64,000 nt of DNA from Candidatus Uhrbacteria bacterium (GTDB lineage: Bacteria; Patescibacteriota; Patescibacteriia; 2-12-FULL-60-25): assembly GCA_016203535.1 (NCBI GenBank), contig JACQMO010000015.1, positions 37,295 to 101,294 on the forward strand, in the 5' to 3' direction. Both the position numbers and the translations under genes were made by a program. The notes below the pieces were generated by a model. The model had not been told where the DNA came from and made no database searches. It saw only the letters and a program-made list of their open reading frames with translations. Shown here piece after piece: positions 16,219 through 25,227 of the stretch (the stretch's first letter is position 1; each line of letters begins with the position of its first letter).

Positions 16219-17453
16219 GGTGTTACTCCATTGTGTTTGGTCCAGCTCCGCCAACCGATAAGATTGGTAAACGTCGCCAAGACCTTCCACGCATCCAGTG
16301 GTTCTCGCAATGCTTTGAGTTTTTTGTTCGTTCCATCCAATCCTGCACTCAGGACGTTACGGAAGGCCGTCTTACAGAAGGCGGATAGGGTCCGTTCCGC
16401 CAACTCCTTGTAAAGATAGCCCATTCGGAGAGCGATGAGCTCGCCTTCTAAATCGATCAGACCCTTGCATAGGTGCGCCACCTGCCCTAGGTATCGATGA
16501 TGCGCATGTCCAGCGTATATCTCCATGAGGGATCCGACGGATTTCTTGATTGCTTGCGAAAGGCCATAACTCTGACCGTACACTAGCATGATCAGCATCG
16601 TGTAAAGCGCGGAGGAGTTTTTCCAGGATGGTTTTCCATCGAGCAACTCATCGGCCAGTCTAATGGCTTGCGTAAAGCGTTGATTTCGCAGATCATCGGG
16701 TCTGAAAAGCAGCAAGCATCGTGCAATGTGAGATGTAACTGGTAGCGCTTCGTAGACCATCGGAAAACGGTTACAGACCTCCGCGATGATCGTTTGGGAG
16801 ATCAGATCCTCTTTTTTTTCACGAATGAACTCGACCAGTAAGCTTTCCGGCATGAAGCCGAAAACGCTGCGTTGGGCCGCTCGAACGATCCGCTCCTCGT
16901 TCAAGAAGAATTTCGCCTGTAGCCGTCGGCTGTCCTCGTCGTCGATTCCTTCTCGAGGAGGGCTGATATCGAACAAACGGCTTGCGATGATGTATTCCGG
17001 GACCAGGGTGTACACCACGGCCTCCGGAAGATAGACCTTCACGGTTTCTTCCAAGATTGGCGGAGGAAAACCGAAATACCAGTCCGTCAGCATTTCGATG
17101 AAGAATCCAGTGTAGTTCGGATTTTCTTTCCGATAATTGCAACGCTTGGGTGTCTTCCAAAACTCCGCACGAAAAATTTCGTGTGGGTGTTCGATTCGTA
17201 GCTTGCTCATTTCCGGGCGGAAGACGCTGATGTCCAGGTCCTTATGCCGCCGTACGTCCTCGACCGTTTCGTCCTGGAAGTCGTACCCTACGGCTTTACG
17301 TGCCTCCAGTAGGAACTTCGTTGCCCCACCGCCGGCGACAGCCCAGCATTGGTCCCCGTCAGGAGTCAGCGCGGGGAACTGCCGTTCGATGTTCTTGACG
17401 TCCTCCAGACAGAGGTTCCCAATGCGGGAACTACGCAGACTTAACACCGCCAT
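16215..17453 (-). CDS. Hypothetical protein: N-terminal Pol-beta-type nucleotidyltransferase-like fold plus C-terminal helical domain (weak HEPN-like Rx6H)
   Basis: AVAGGGATKF...HKDLDISVF resembles the GG...DxD minimal NTase pattern. The C-terminal half is all-helical and contains HHRYLGQVAH. The assignment is tentative. Confidence 0.55.
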   Translation of the reverse strand: MAVLSLRSSRIGNLCLEDVKNIERQFPALTPDGDQCWAVAGGGATKFLLEARKAVGYDFQDETVEDVRRHKDLDISVFRPEMSKLRIEHPHEIFRAEFWKTPKRCNYRKENPNYTGFFIEMLTDWYFGFPPPILEETVKVYLPEAVVYTLVPEYIIASRLFDISPPREGIDDEDSRRLQAKFFLNEERIVRAAQRSVFGFMPESLLVEFIREKKEDLISQTIIAEVCNRFPMVYEALPVTSHIARCLLLFRPDDLRNQRFTQAIRLADELLDGKPSWKNSSALYTMLIMLVYGQSYGLSQAIKKSVGSLMEIYAGHAHHRYLGQVAHLCKGLIDLEGELIALRMGYLYKELAERTLSAFCKTAFRNVLSAGLDGTNKKLKALREPLDAWKVLATFTNLIGWRSWTKHNGVTP

Positions 17454-17578
17454 GTTGGTACCTCGTTGGTTCAGTTGTAAATGTACCAGGCGTCATAGCC
17501 CGTACGGGGAAGGTGGCAGAAAAATTCCGGTTTGTCAATGTATCTCTATCAAAAAAAATCCCACGAAGAGAGAAGTGT

Positions 17579-18157
17579 TCAATGCCAGCGATCGCGGGCG
17601 ATGAATCTCCATTCGAGGGAGCGTTCGGGGGGGAGGGGATACTCCAGGATAAGGGGCTCTGGACGGATGCGGGGAGTTCGCGTGTCTCGTCCGAACTTTC
17701 TTTTACGGAAGAAGGATAATTCCTCCCGTCGCCAAGCCCAAAGGAAATTCGGTACCGCGAGGTGCAATCCTGGAGCAAGCGGGTTCCGAATCTCCACCGT
17801 GTAGATCAGCTCACATCCATTGCCGTTGGTGGGGCCGACATCAGGATCATCGGTCATCCACCAGTCGATTCCCCCTTCGAATCGTGATGGATGTTTTTCC
17901 GAAAAACGAGACAGTACAATGACGTCAACGTCTTTGCGGCCCGAAAGCGTCCCGCGGTGGCCACCTGTCCATGCTTTACGCGCTAACCCGCCCACGAGCA
18001 GTCCCGGGACCTCCAAACGAAGGAGGATCTCATGCGCGATTTTCAATCCGGTGAATCCTCGTTGCGCGTCGGGCGGAGCATCGGTCTGGAAGACTAGCTT
18101 GGTTTCTAGGCGCATTGCCATTCTCATCGTGCAACACTGCCTCAATTGAAGGTGCAT
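17579..18157 (-). CDS. Hypothetical small nucleotidyltransferase-fold protein
   Basis: LLVGGLARKAW...RKDVDVIVL matches the G[GS]..DxD pattern. ATG 18157 is preceded by GAGGAG. Confidence 0.55.
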   Translation of the reverse strand: MHLQLRQCCTMRMAMRLETKLVFQTDAPPDAQRGFTGLKIAHEILLRLEVPGLLVGGLARKAWTGGHRGTLSGRKDVDVIVLSRFSEKHPSRFEGGIDWWMTDDPDVGPTNGNGCELIYTVEIRNPLAPGLHLAVPNFLWAWRREELSFFRKRKFGRDTRTPRIRPEPLILEYPLPPERSLEWRFIARDRWH

Positions 18158-18186
18158 TGTTCTCCTCGGTTCAGGGTACCGGTCTT

Positions 18187-18215
18187 CTTATAAATGAAAA
18201 TTATTAATTTGTCAA
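18187..18215 (-). promoter_or_regulatory. Sigma70-type promoter of the NTase/NTase/phosphoesterase operon (TTGACA-17 nt-TATAAG, minus strand)
   Basis: Reverse-complement reading gives TTGACA (18215-18210), a 17-nt AT-rich spacer and TATAAG (18192-18187), about 30 nt upstream of ATG 18157. Confidence 0.6.
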
Positions 18216-18240
18216 GTATGTATGTCCTCAGTTGAGGAGT

Positions 18241-18843
18241 TTACCCTGTTTTTCTCCGGTTCTCCAGCGCTTCCGCGACGGTCGCTCCGTCGGCGTATTC
18301 GAGTTGGGCGCCGGTCGGGAGGCCGCGGGCGAGACGCGTGATCGCAACGTTCGTCCCGGCGAGTTGCCGCGCGATGTAGAGCGCCGTCGTATCGCCGCGC
18401 ACATCCGGATCGAATGCGAGGATGATTTCCTTTATCCCCGCGCCTTGTTCGCCTATTCGTACGAATAGTTCTTTAAGGCGGATGGTTTCCGGCGTGCGGC
18501 CTTCGATAGGATCGAGAAGATCGCCCAAGACATGGTACAGACCCGTATGGCTGCCGGATCCCTCGACGACGTTCAGGTCTTGCGGCGTGGCGACGACGCA
18601 CAGAACTGTCCGGTCGCGCGACGTGTCGGCACAGATGCTGCACGTTTCCCCTTCCGACCAGTTTCCGCAGATTCTGCATCGTGAAATCCCCTCGGACAAT
18701 CCGAGAAGCGCCTGTGCGAAACGTTTCAGCCGTTCTTTCGGTTGGGCCGCCAGCCAGTAGGCGAAGCGAAGCGCCGCGCGCGGGCCGATGCCGGGGAGTC
18801 CGTCAAACTCCGCCGCGACGTTTTGGATGTTTCGCGGAATCAT
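18241..18843 (-). CDS. recR: Recombination protein RecR
   Basis: HhH N-terminus (LPGIGPRAALR), C4 zinc finger (CRICGNWSEGETCSIC) and a Toprim domain. Confidence 0.95.
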   Translation of the reverse strand: MIPRNIQNVAAEFDGLPGIGPRAALRFAYWLAAQPKERLKRFAQALLGLSEGISRCRICGNWSEGETCSICADTSRDRTVLCVVATPQDLNVVEGSGSHTGLYHVLGDLLDPIEGRTPETIRLKELFVRIGEQGAGIKEIILAFDPDVRGDTTALYIARQLAGTNVAITRLARGLPTGAQLEYADGATVAEALENRRKTG

Positions 18844-19151
18844 TTCTTCATCATGCTCTGCATCTCCTGCGCCAGATCCAACCCACCGAGGTCCTTCATC
18901 TTCGTCGCCAGGATTTTCTGGACCTTTTCCATCGCGTCATTCGTCGCGTCTTTTACGAGTCCCTCGAGTTTTTGTTTGTCCTGCATCATGTCCGGTTCGA
19001 TCGCGACGGACACGACGCGTTGGTTCCCGTCCACGATCACTTTCACCTTGCCCCAGCCGGCCGACCCCTCGGTACGTTCCTGCGACAGGGTTGATTGAAG
19101 CGATTTCGCACGCTCACGGATATCCTTGAATTGTTTCAATTTATTAAACAT
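18840..19151 (-). CDS. ybaB: Nucleoid-associated protein YbaB/EbfC
   Basis: 103 aa with the GKVKVIVDGNQRVVSVAIEP core; overlaps recR as in the conserved ybaB-recR pair. Confidence 0.9.
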   Translation of the reverse strand: MFNKLKQFKDIRERAKSLQSTLSQERTEGSAGWGKVKVIVDGNQRVVSVAIEPDMMQDKQKLEGLVKDATNDAMEKVQKILATKMKDLGGLDLAQEMQSMMKK

Positions 19152-19187
19152 ATGGCTACCAGCCTATCATCCTACCGGCCTGCCTGC

Positions 19188-20654
19188 CTATGCCGGATTC
19201 GACGCGACGATGGGCGTATTGGGATCGAAGCTTTCCGGCGGGGGTTGTCCGAGCTGGGGCGATGCTGCGGGAGGCGGCAGTGTCCGGCCCGTTCCCGGCT
19301 GTTTCGCGAGCGTCCGGAAGCTGGCGCGCGCCTGGTCGAAAAAAAGCTTGACCATCCCCGTCGGACCGTTGCGGTGTTTGGCGATATGGAGTTCGGCAAG
19401 GTTCCGTTCTTCCGGAGACAGGTCTTCCGTCCGGTAGTTCTTGTCCGACGCCTTCCGGTAAATGAACAAGACGATATCCGCGTCCTGTTCGATGGAGCCC
19501 GACTCGCGGAGATGCGCGAGGCGGGGGATCGCCGGTTTCTGCAATTCCACCTGACGCGAGAGCTGTGACAGCGCGAGGACTGGGATGTTCAGTTCGCGCG
19601 CGATCGCCTTGAGCCCGCGCGTGATCTCGGTCACTTCCTGCACGCGGTTGTCCGCCGCCGCGCTCCGCGATTCCATGAGCTGGAGGTAGTCCACGACGAC
19701 GAGCCCGAGCCCGTGTTCCATCTGGAGCCGACGGGCTTTGGTCCGGATTTCCATGATGTTTGCGCTGGCTGAGTCGTCGATATAGACCGGCGCTTCGGAT
19801 AACACGCCGATGGCATGCCCGATCCGCGAGAAGTCGTCGTGCGATCCGCCATCGGAGAGTTTTCCGGTGCGCATTTTCCAGAGATCCACGCCGGCCTCGG
19901 CGCAGATCATCCGGTCCACGAGCTGATCCTTGCTCATTTCGAGCGAGAAAAGACCCACTGGAATTTTTTCCTTCACCGCGGCGTGTCGCGCGAGATCGAG
20001 CGCGAGCGACGTTTTTCCGCACGACGGCCGCGCTGCCAAAACGATCAGATCGCTTTTTTGCATCCCGCCGAGCATCCCGTCGAGATCGGGATATCCGGTC
20101 GAGATTCCGCGCAGTTTTCCGCGTTCGCGGTGCACTTCGTCGATCCGTTCGAATGCGGTGTCGAGAATGTCGTGGATGTGCGTGAAGCCGGACTTCAGAA
20201 ATTTCCGCGAGACGTTGAACAACTTTTGTTCCGCGTTGTCGAGGACGGATTCCACGTCTTCCGCCTGTTCATAGCCGAGTGCGGAGATGTCCGACGCCGC
20301 GCGCAGGAGCCGCCGGAGTGTGGCCTTTTTCTGGACGATGTCCGCGTAGTGAACCACATGGCTCGCGGTCGGCACGGTGTTCGAAAGCTGGATGAGGTAT
20401 GCGCGACCGCCGATGCCCTCGAGATCCTTTTTTTCGTCGAGACGGTTCGCGAGCGAAAGGAGGTCGATGGGTTCATGGCGGCGGTACAATTCCATGATCG
20501 CCTCGTAGATCAGACGATGCTTGTCCGCATAGAAATCTTCCGTGGCAACGCGGTCGCCAATCTTGATCACGGCGTCCTGGTCTAATAGCAGCGACCCCAG
20601 GAGCGACTGCTCGGCTTCGAGATTTTGAGGGGTGAGCTTCTCGCCGGAGGTCAT
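19188..20654 (-). CDS. dnaB: Replicative DNA helicase DnaB
   Basis: PQNLEAEQSLLGSLL N-terminus, Walker A ARPSCGKTS, DYLQLM and a RecA-like core. I placed the start at ATG 20654. There is a Pro-rich C-terminal tail. Confidence 0.95.
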   Translation of the reverse strand: MTSGEKLTPQNLEAEQSLLGSLLLDQDAVIKIGDRVATEDFYADKHRLIYEAIMELYRRHEPIDLLSLANRLDEKKDLEGIGGRAYLIQLSNTVPTASHVVHYADIVQKKATLRRLLRAASDISALGYEQAEDVESVLDNAEQKLFNVSRKFLKSGFTHIHDILDTAFERIDEVHRERGKLRGISTGYPDLDGMLGGMQKSDLIVLAARPSCGKTSLALDLARHAAVKEKIPVGLFSLEMSKDQLVDRMICAEAGVDLWKMRTGKLSDGGSHDDFSRIGHAIGVLSEAPVYIDDSASANIMEIRTKARRLQMEHGLGLVVVDYLQLMESRSAAADNRVQEVTEITRGLKAIARELNIPVLALSQLSRQVELQKPAIPRLAHLRESGSIEQDADIVLFIYRKASDKNYRTEDLSPEERNLAELHIAKHRNGPTGMVKLFFDQARASFRTLAKQPGTGRTLPPPAASPQLGQPPPESFDPNTPIVASNPA

Positions 20655-20710
20655 AACGAATGTGCGGACATTATCCCAGCCACGGGGAGGTCGCAAGACG
20701 TCGCCGGCGT

Positions 20711-20719
20711 TGATATACT
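20711..20719 (+). promoter_or_regulatory. Extended -10 (TGaTATACT) positioned for a leaderless transcript
   Basis: The -10 ends at 20719 and the A of ATG 20726 is exactly 7 nt downstream. Confidence 0.45.
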
Positions 20720-20725
20720 GTTTAT

Positions 20726-21865
20726 ATGTTCGCCCTCCGAAAGACCACCATCCGCGCGGCGCTTGCCGTCATCGGGACCATCATCGGCGCGGGGGTGTTC
20801 GGCGTTCCGGCGATGATGGACCGCGCCGGAATCCTGCTCGGGAGCGTCATCTTCTGGATCATCGCCTTGCTTATCCTCGCCACGCATCTGTATTTCGTGG
20901 ACGTCATCGCGACCGTGGAGGGGCGTCACCGGTTGCCAGGATACATCGGCGCCATTTTGGGGCCGTGGGCCGGACGGGTCGGCGTCGCCATGAATACGCT
21001 CCAGCTCGTGGGCGCGAATCTCGCCTACATGGTGCTCGGCGGAATGTTTATCAAGGAACTGATCGACGGCGCGGGAGCAGGCGCGGATCTTCTGACGCTT
21101 CAGGTCCTGTTTTGGGTCGGCGGCGCGGTCACGGTTTTCTATGCGCTCCGGATCGTCGCGAAAATCGAATCCTTCCTGACGTGGCTGCTCATCGCCGTCA
21201 TGTCCCTCCTGATCCTTTCCGCCGTTCCGCACGTGGACGCCGCGCGATTCTTCACGGCGGACCCGTGGCACATCCTGGCGCCGATCGGCATCTTCATTTT
21301 CGCGATGTTCGGGCTCACGGTCATTGCCGAAGCGCATGAGATCACGGGGAGAAAGATCGCCGAAACGAGACGCGCCGTGGCGGTCGGGACGCTTACGGCG
21401 GCGGTCTTCACTTGGCTGTTCGGAATCTTCATCGCGCTCGGGTTGCCGCCGGGCGGTTCGTCCGACCCGGCCGCGTTCTCCCGGCTGCTTCCGTCGGGGT
21501 GGTGGTGGGCGGTTCCGCTGTTCGGGTTCCTGGCCGTCGCAACGTCCTTCATCACGAGCGCGTACAACCTCCAGTCCATCTATCGGTTGGACGTCGGCGT
21601 TTCCAAGCTCGCAAGCTGGGCCGTCGCGTTGGGGTCGCCGCTTCTGCTGCTCTTCCTCGTCACGAGAGACTTTTTGAATATCATTGAAATCGTCGGCGCG
21701 CTGTTCAGCGCGACGAACGGGCTCCTGGTCATCCTCGCGGCCCATGCGGTCATGCGGCGCGTGAAAAACGGGAGGCGGTTCTTCCTCAAGGAATTCGTCC
21801 CATATGCCACCGCGGGATTGTTCCTGGTCGCGATCCTGCAGCGGTTGTTGTCGTTTGCGCTATAA
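20726..21865 (+). CDS. Amino-acid permease-like membrane transporter (Trp/Tyr permease-type N-terminus)
   Basis: About 11 TM helices. The N-terminal AVIGTIIGAGVFGVPAMM is typical of amino-acid/H+ symporters. Confidence 0.65.
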   Translation: MFALRKTTIRAALAVIGTIIGAGVFGVPAMMDRAGILLGSVIFWIIALLILATHLYFVDVIATVEGRHRLPGYIGAILGPWAGRVGVAMNTLQLVGANLAYMVLGGMFIKELIDGAGAGADLLTLQVLFWVGGAVTVFYALRIVAKIESFLTWLLIAVMSLLILSAVPHVDAARFFTADPWHILAPIGIFIFAMFGLTVIAEAHEITGRKIAETRRAVAVGTLTAAVFTWLFGIFIALGLPPGGSSDPAAFSRLLPSGWWWAVPLFGFLAVATSFITSAYNLQSIYRLDVGVSKLASWAVALGSPLLLLFLVTRDFLNIIEIVGALFSATNGLLVILAAHAVMRRVKNGRRFFLKEFVPYATAGLFLVAILQRLLSFAL

Positions 21866-22278
21866 TGCTCCCGATGATCCTCCGTTATCTCGGCATTTCG
21901 TTCCTGAAGTTCACCGCGGATATCCTCGTGATCCTGGTGCTGTATACGCTCGTGCTTCCGGAGACCTTCCCGCCGCTCGCGTTGAGCGCGCTCACGTGGG
22001 TCGTGATGTTCACGGTCGCCTTCGTGTTCGCATCGTGGGCCGTCGCGAAACGTATACCGGTCCGACAGGATATGCTTGCGCTGGTCGCCGTGTGGCTGAC
22101 CGTCACGGTCGGCGGATATTTGATCTACGGCATCCTCCTGTCGTCGCGTGGCCCGTGGGCGGCGGTGTCCCCGGAGCTTCTGATTCAGTACGCGGTGGAA
22201 CTCGTGGCGATTTTTTTTGCGGTGTGGCGGCGCAAGCGGCGGCATGCGGAATCGAATCTGGGCGAGGGGGCGTATTAA
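21865..22278 (+). CDS. Hypothetical membrane protein (4 TM)
   Basis: TAATG overlap with the permease; hydrophobic helices throughout. Confidence 0.55.
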   Translation: MLPMILRYLGISFLKFTADILVILVLYTLVLPETFPPLALSALTWVVMFTVAFVFASWAVAKRIPVRQDMLALVAVWLTVTVGGYLIYGILLSSRGPWAAVSPELLIQYAVELVAIFFAVWRRKRRHAESNLGEGAY

Positions 22279-22461
22279 GGCCGTCGTTCAGTTTTCGTTC
22301 TACCCGCATCCACGGGTCCTGCCACTGCGGTATCCCGCCGTGCTCGATGAGTACATCTGCGGCGCGGCGGGAGCCCTCCCTTCGCGTCACCCGTGCTGGC
22401 GCAAATATGGAATAGAAACACGACGGTCGAAGGGAGTGAGAGTTGAGTCTTAAAGAAATTT

Positions 22462-23298
22462 CTAGAGTCCGCGGCGACGCTTTGCCAGTGTCAAGACGTT
22501 TTTCAATAATAGCGCGACGGTGAGCGGCCCGACGCCGCCGGGGACGGGGGAGAGCCATCCCGGGACGTCGGCGAATCGGGCGGCGTCAACGTCGCCGACG
22601 ACCGCCCCATCCGGAAGGCGGTTCGTCCCGACGTCGATCACGCACGCGCCCGGTTTGATCATCGATGGGTCGAGAAATTTCGGACGGCCGACGGCGACGA
22701 CCACGATATCCGCGACAGCGACCCGATCGCGTTTTACATCGTCCGGAGAAAAAATGTCCACGTTCGCGCCGCCGGCGCGCAACAGATGGGCCAACGGTTC
22801 GGCGAACGTGTCCGAGTTGGCGATGATCGTTGCGGACGCGCTTTTCACCACGACATCGGTCGCGCCGATCAAACGCAGGATGCTTTCATGCACGGGCGGA
22901 AACAGCGTTCCGACGCCGGAGAGCGTCGCGCGCATGTTCTCCGGATGGAATCCGTCTGCATCCTTCCGGGGGTCCATCGCGGCGACGAGCGCGTCCGAGT
23001 CATGGCCCGGCGGCAATGGAAGCTGGACCAGGATCGCGTCCACCGTCTCGTCCGCGTTCCATGAGGCGATGATGGATTTCAGTTTTTCGTCCGGCGTGTC
23101 CGCGGGGAGACGTCGGATGTCCGTCGCGATTCCCGCCTCGTTCGCCGCCTTTTCCTTCAGGTTGACATAGAGATGCGACGCCGGGTCCTCGCCGACCAAC
23201 AGCACGGCCAAGGTCGGCCGGATTCCGAGGGTCGACATTTCCCGTTTCACGTTGTCGCGGATCGCGGCGGCGAGCGATTTTCCGTCGATGCGCTGCAT
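22462..23298 (-). CDS. folD: Bifunctional methylenetetrahydrofolate dehydrogenase/cyclohydrolase
   Basis: IDGKSLAA...LAVLLVGEDPASHLYV...VQLPLP...GGVGPLTVALLL. I placed the start at ATG 23298; the ORF track extends further upstream. Confidence 0.92.
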   Translation of the reverse strand: MQRIDGKSLAAAIRDNVKREMSTLGIRPTLAVLLVGEDPASHLYVNLKEKAANEAGIATDIRRLPADTPDEKLKSIIASWNADETVDAILVQLPLPPGHDSDALVAAMDPRKDADGFHPENMRATLSGVGTLFPPVHESILRLIGATDVVVKSASATIIANSDTFAEPLAHLLRAGGANVDIFSPDDVKRDRVAVADIVVVAVGRPKFLDPSMIKPGACVIDVGTNRLPDGAVVGDVDAARFADVPGWLSPVPGGVGPLTVALLLKNVLTLAKRRRGL

Positions 23299-23365
23299 GG
23301 CGCGGATGATAGCGGAAAACCGGAAAAAGAAAAACGCCCCGACCGTGCGGCGGGGCGATGGAACT

Positions 23366-23728
23366 TCAGGACGGGTCGTAGAACGCAAGTGTCCCTTCGA
23401 GTACGGCATTCGGCCTCCGGGAATCCATGATGAGCTGCCACTGGCCGCTCTGTGAGTTCCAGACGAACCCGTGGACGCGGTAGTAGCTCTGCGGGTGCGT
23501 CGCCGTGGTGAGCTCCGTGAGACTGGTCTGGAGGATCAGTCCCTCGGTCAGGGAGTAGTAGATGTTCGTGACGGTCCCGGCGACGAAGGTCGGGGAGTAG
23601 CCCTTGCCATGGAAGACGAAGGTCTTGCCGATCAGTTTGATCGGGTTCGGCGGCAGGCCGCGTTCTTCCCAGGTCGCGCCGAACGCCTGTTTCAACAGGA
23701 AGTGCTCTTCTTCGGTGAGTGTTCCCAT
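23366..23728 (-). CDS. Hypothetical protein (120 aa)
   Basis: ATG 23728 is preceded by GGAGGGAGG. The composition is beta-rich and I recognise no family. Confidence 0.55.
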   Translation of the reverse strand: MGTLTEEEHFLLKQAFGATWEERGLPPNPIKLIGKTFVFHGKGYSPTFVAGTVTNIYYSLTEGLILQTSLTELTTATHPQSYYRVHGFVWNSQSGQWQLIMDSRRPNAVLEGTLAFYDPS

Positions 23729-23787
23729 GTCCTCCCTCCGAGAGTTGAAGGATCGCCGTGGGAGTATGGAAAAACGACGGTCGGCTG

Positions 23788-25134
23788 TCAATCGTTCTTG
23801 AGCGCGGCGACCGGGAATCTTAGGCAGAACGCCTCTACGTCGCTGCGCAGAGAAGCAAACCGTTCATCCGTCGAAAGAAACGCACGGAATCGCTTGAGCG
23901 TTGCGCCCCGCTCTTCTTTTTCGGTGGGAAGTTGATAATCGGAGATGGCGTCTCTGACGTCGGCGATCCAGCCGGCGACGGTTTCCATTTCTTGCGGACC
24001 CATCCCCCGCGTCGTGGCCGCCGGCGTCCCGAGCCGAAGCCCGCTCGGATAAAACGGGGAACTGGGATCGTTTGGAACCGTATTTTTGTTCGCGTACAGA
24101 CCGATGCGTTCCAGCGCGAGATGGAAGAACACGCCGCGTCCGACTCCGCTCGGCGTGAGATCCACGAGCAGGAGGTGGTTGTCCGTGCCGTCCGTCACCA
24201 GTTTGAAACCGCGTTTTTTGAGCGCGTCAGCGAGCGCTTTGGCATTTTCCACCACGCGCCGGGCGTAGTCTGCGAACGCCGGCTGCGCGGCCTCGTGCAA
24301 CGCAACGCCGATCGCGGCGATGGTGTTCATGTGCGGCCCGCCCTGGAGGCCGGGGATGATCGCGCGATCCACCTTCTCCGCGAGATCCGGATCTTTTTGC
24401 AACCCTTTTTCCGTCACCATGATGATCGCGCCGCGCGGGCCTCGGAGCGTTTTGTGGGTCGTCGTTGTTACGAGATGGACGTGCGGGACGGGACTCGGAT
24501 GTTGTCCGCCCACCACAAGCCCGGAAATGTGCGAAATATCCGCGACGAGATACGCGCCGACCTCATCGGCGATTTGCGCGAACGGCTCGAAATCAATCAC
24601 GCGCGGCATGGCGGTCGCGCCGCACCAGATTAGTTTCGGCTTGTGCTCGCGCGCGAGCCGCGCGACGTCGTTCATGTCGATCAACCCATGAGCGTCCGTG
24701 TGGTAGGGGACGCTTTTCCAGAATTGCGACGTGACGGACGCTTTCCAGCCGTGCGTCAAATGTCCGCCGCTCGGGAGATCAAGCCCCATGATCGTATCGC
24801 CCGGTTTGCACGTCGCGACATACACCGCGAGATTCGCCGGGCTTCCGGAATACGGTTCGACGTTCACGTACGGCACGCCGAACAGTTTTTTCGCCCGATC
24901 GCGCGTGAGGTTTTCGATCTTGTCCACGATTTCGTTTCCCGCGTAGTAGCGGCGTCCCGGATATCCTTCCGCGTATTTATCGCCGCAGGTGGTTGCCAGC
25001 GTTTCGAGCACGGCGGCGGATGCGTGGTTTTCCGAGCGGATCAACTCGAGCCCCGTACGCTGTCGCTCATCTTCTTCGTCGATCAATCGCGCGACATCCG
25101 GGTCGGTTTCCTTCAAATGGAGATGATGGATCAT
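23788..25134 (-). CDS. glyA: Serine hydroxymethyltransferase
   Basis: ELIRSENHAS, GYPGRRYYAGNE, SGSPANLAVY and the TTTTHKTLRGPRG PLP-lysine motif. Homology begins at ATG 25134. Confidence 0.95.
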   Translation of the reverse strand: MIHHLHLKETDPDVARLIDEEDERQRTGLELIRSENHASAAVLETLATTCGDKYAEGYPGRRYYAGNEIVDKIENLTRDRAKKLFGVPYVNVEPYSGSPANLAVYVATCKPGDTIMGLDLPSGGHLTHGWKASVTSQFWKSVPYHTDAHGLIDMNDVARLAREHKPKLIWCGATAMPRVIDFEPFAQIADEVGAYLVADISHISGLVVGGQHPSPVPHVHLVTTTTHKTLRGPRGAIIMVTEKGLQKDPDLAEKVDRAIIPGLQGGPHMNTIAAIGVALHEAAQPAFADYARRVVENAKALADALKKRGFKLVTDGTDNHLLLVDLTPSGVGRGVFFHLALERIGLYANKNTVPNDPSSPFYPSGLRLGTPAATTRGMGPQEMETVAGWIADVRDAISDYQLPTEKEERGATLKRFRAFLSTDERFASLRSDVEAFCLRFPVAALKND

Positions 25135-25155
25135 GGCCGGAATGATAGGCGGGTG

Positions 25156-25184
25156 TTGACAAAAACGCAAAAATGTCGTATTTT
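25156..25184 (+). promoter_or_regulatory. Sigma70-type promoter (TTGACA-17 nt-TATTTT)
   Basis: Consensus -35 with an exact 17-nt spacer, divergent from glyA and 44 nt upstream of ATG 25228 (AGGAAG RBS). Confidence 0.55.
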
Positions 25185-25227
25185 CGCGGCGTCTCGGGCT
25201 GGTCCCCGGGGCAGAAAGACAGGAAGA

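Noticed and set aside
18225-18238. TCCTC-AGTT-GAGGA hairpin as the recR terminator
   Set aside because: The stem is only 5 bp, and no U-tract follows it on the minus-strand transcript. It is too weak to call.
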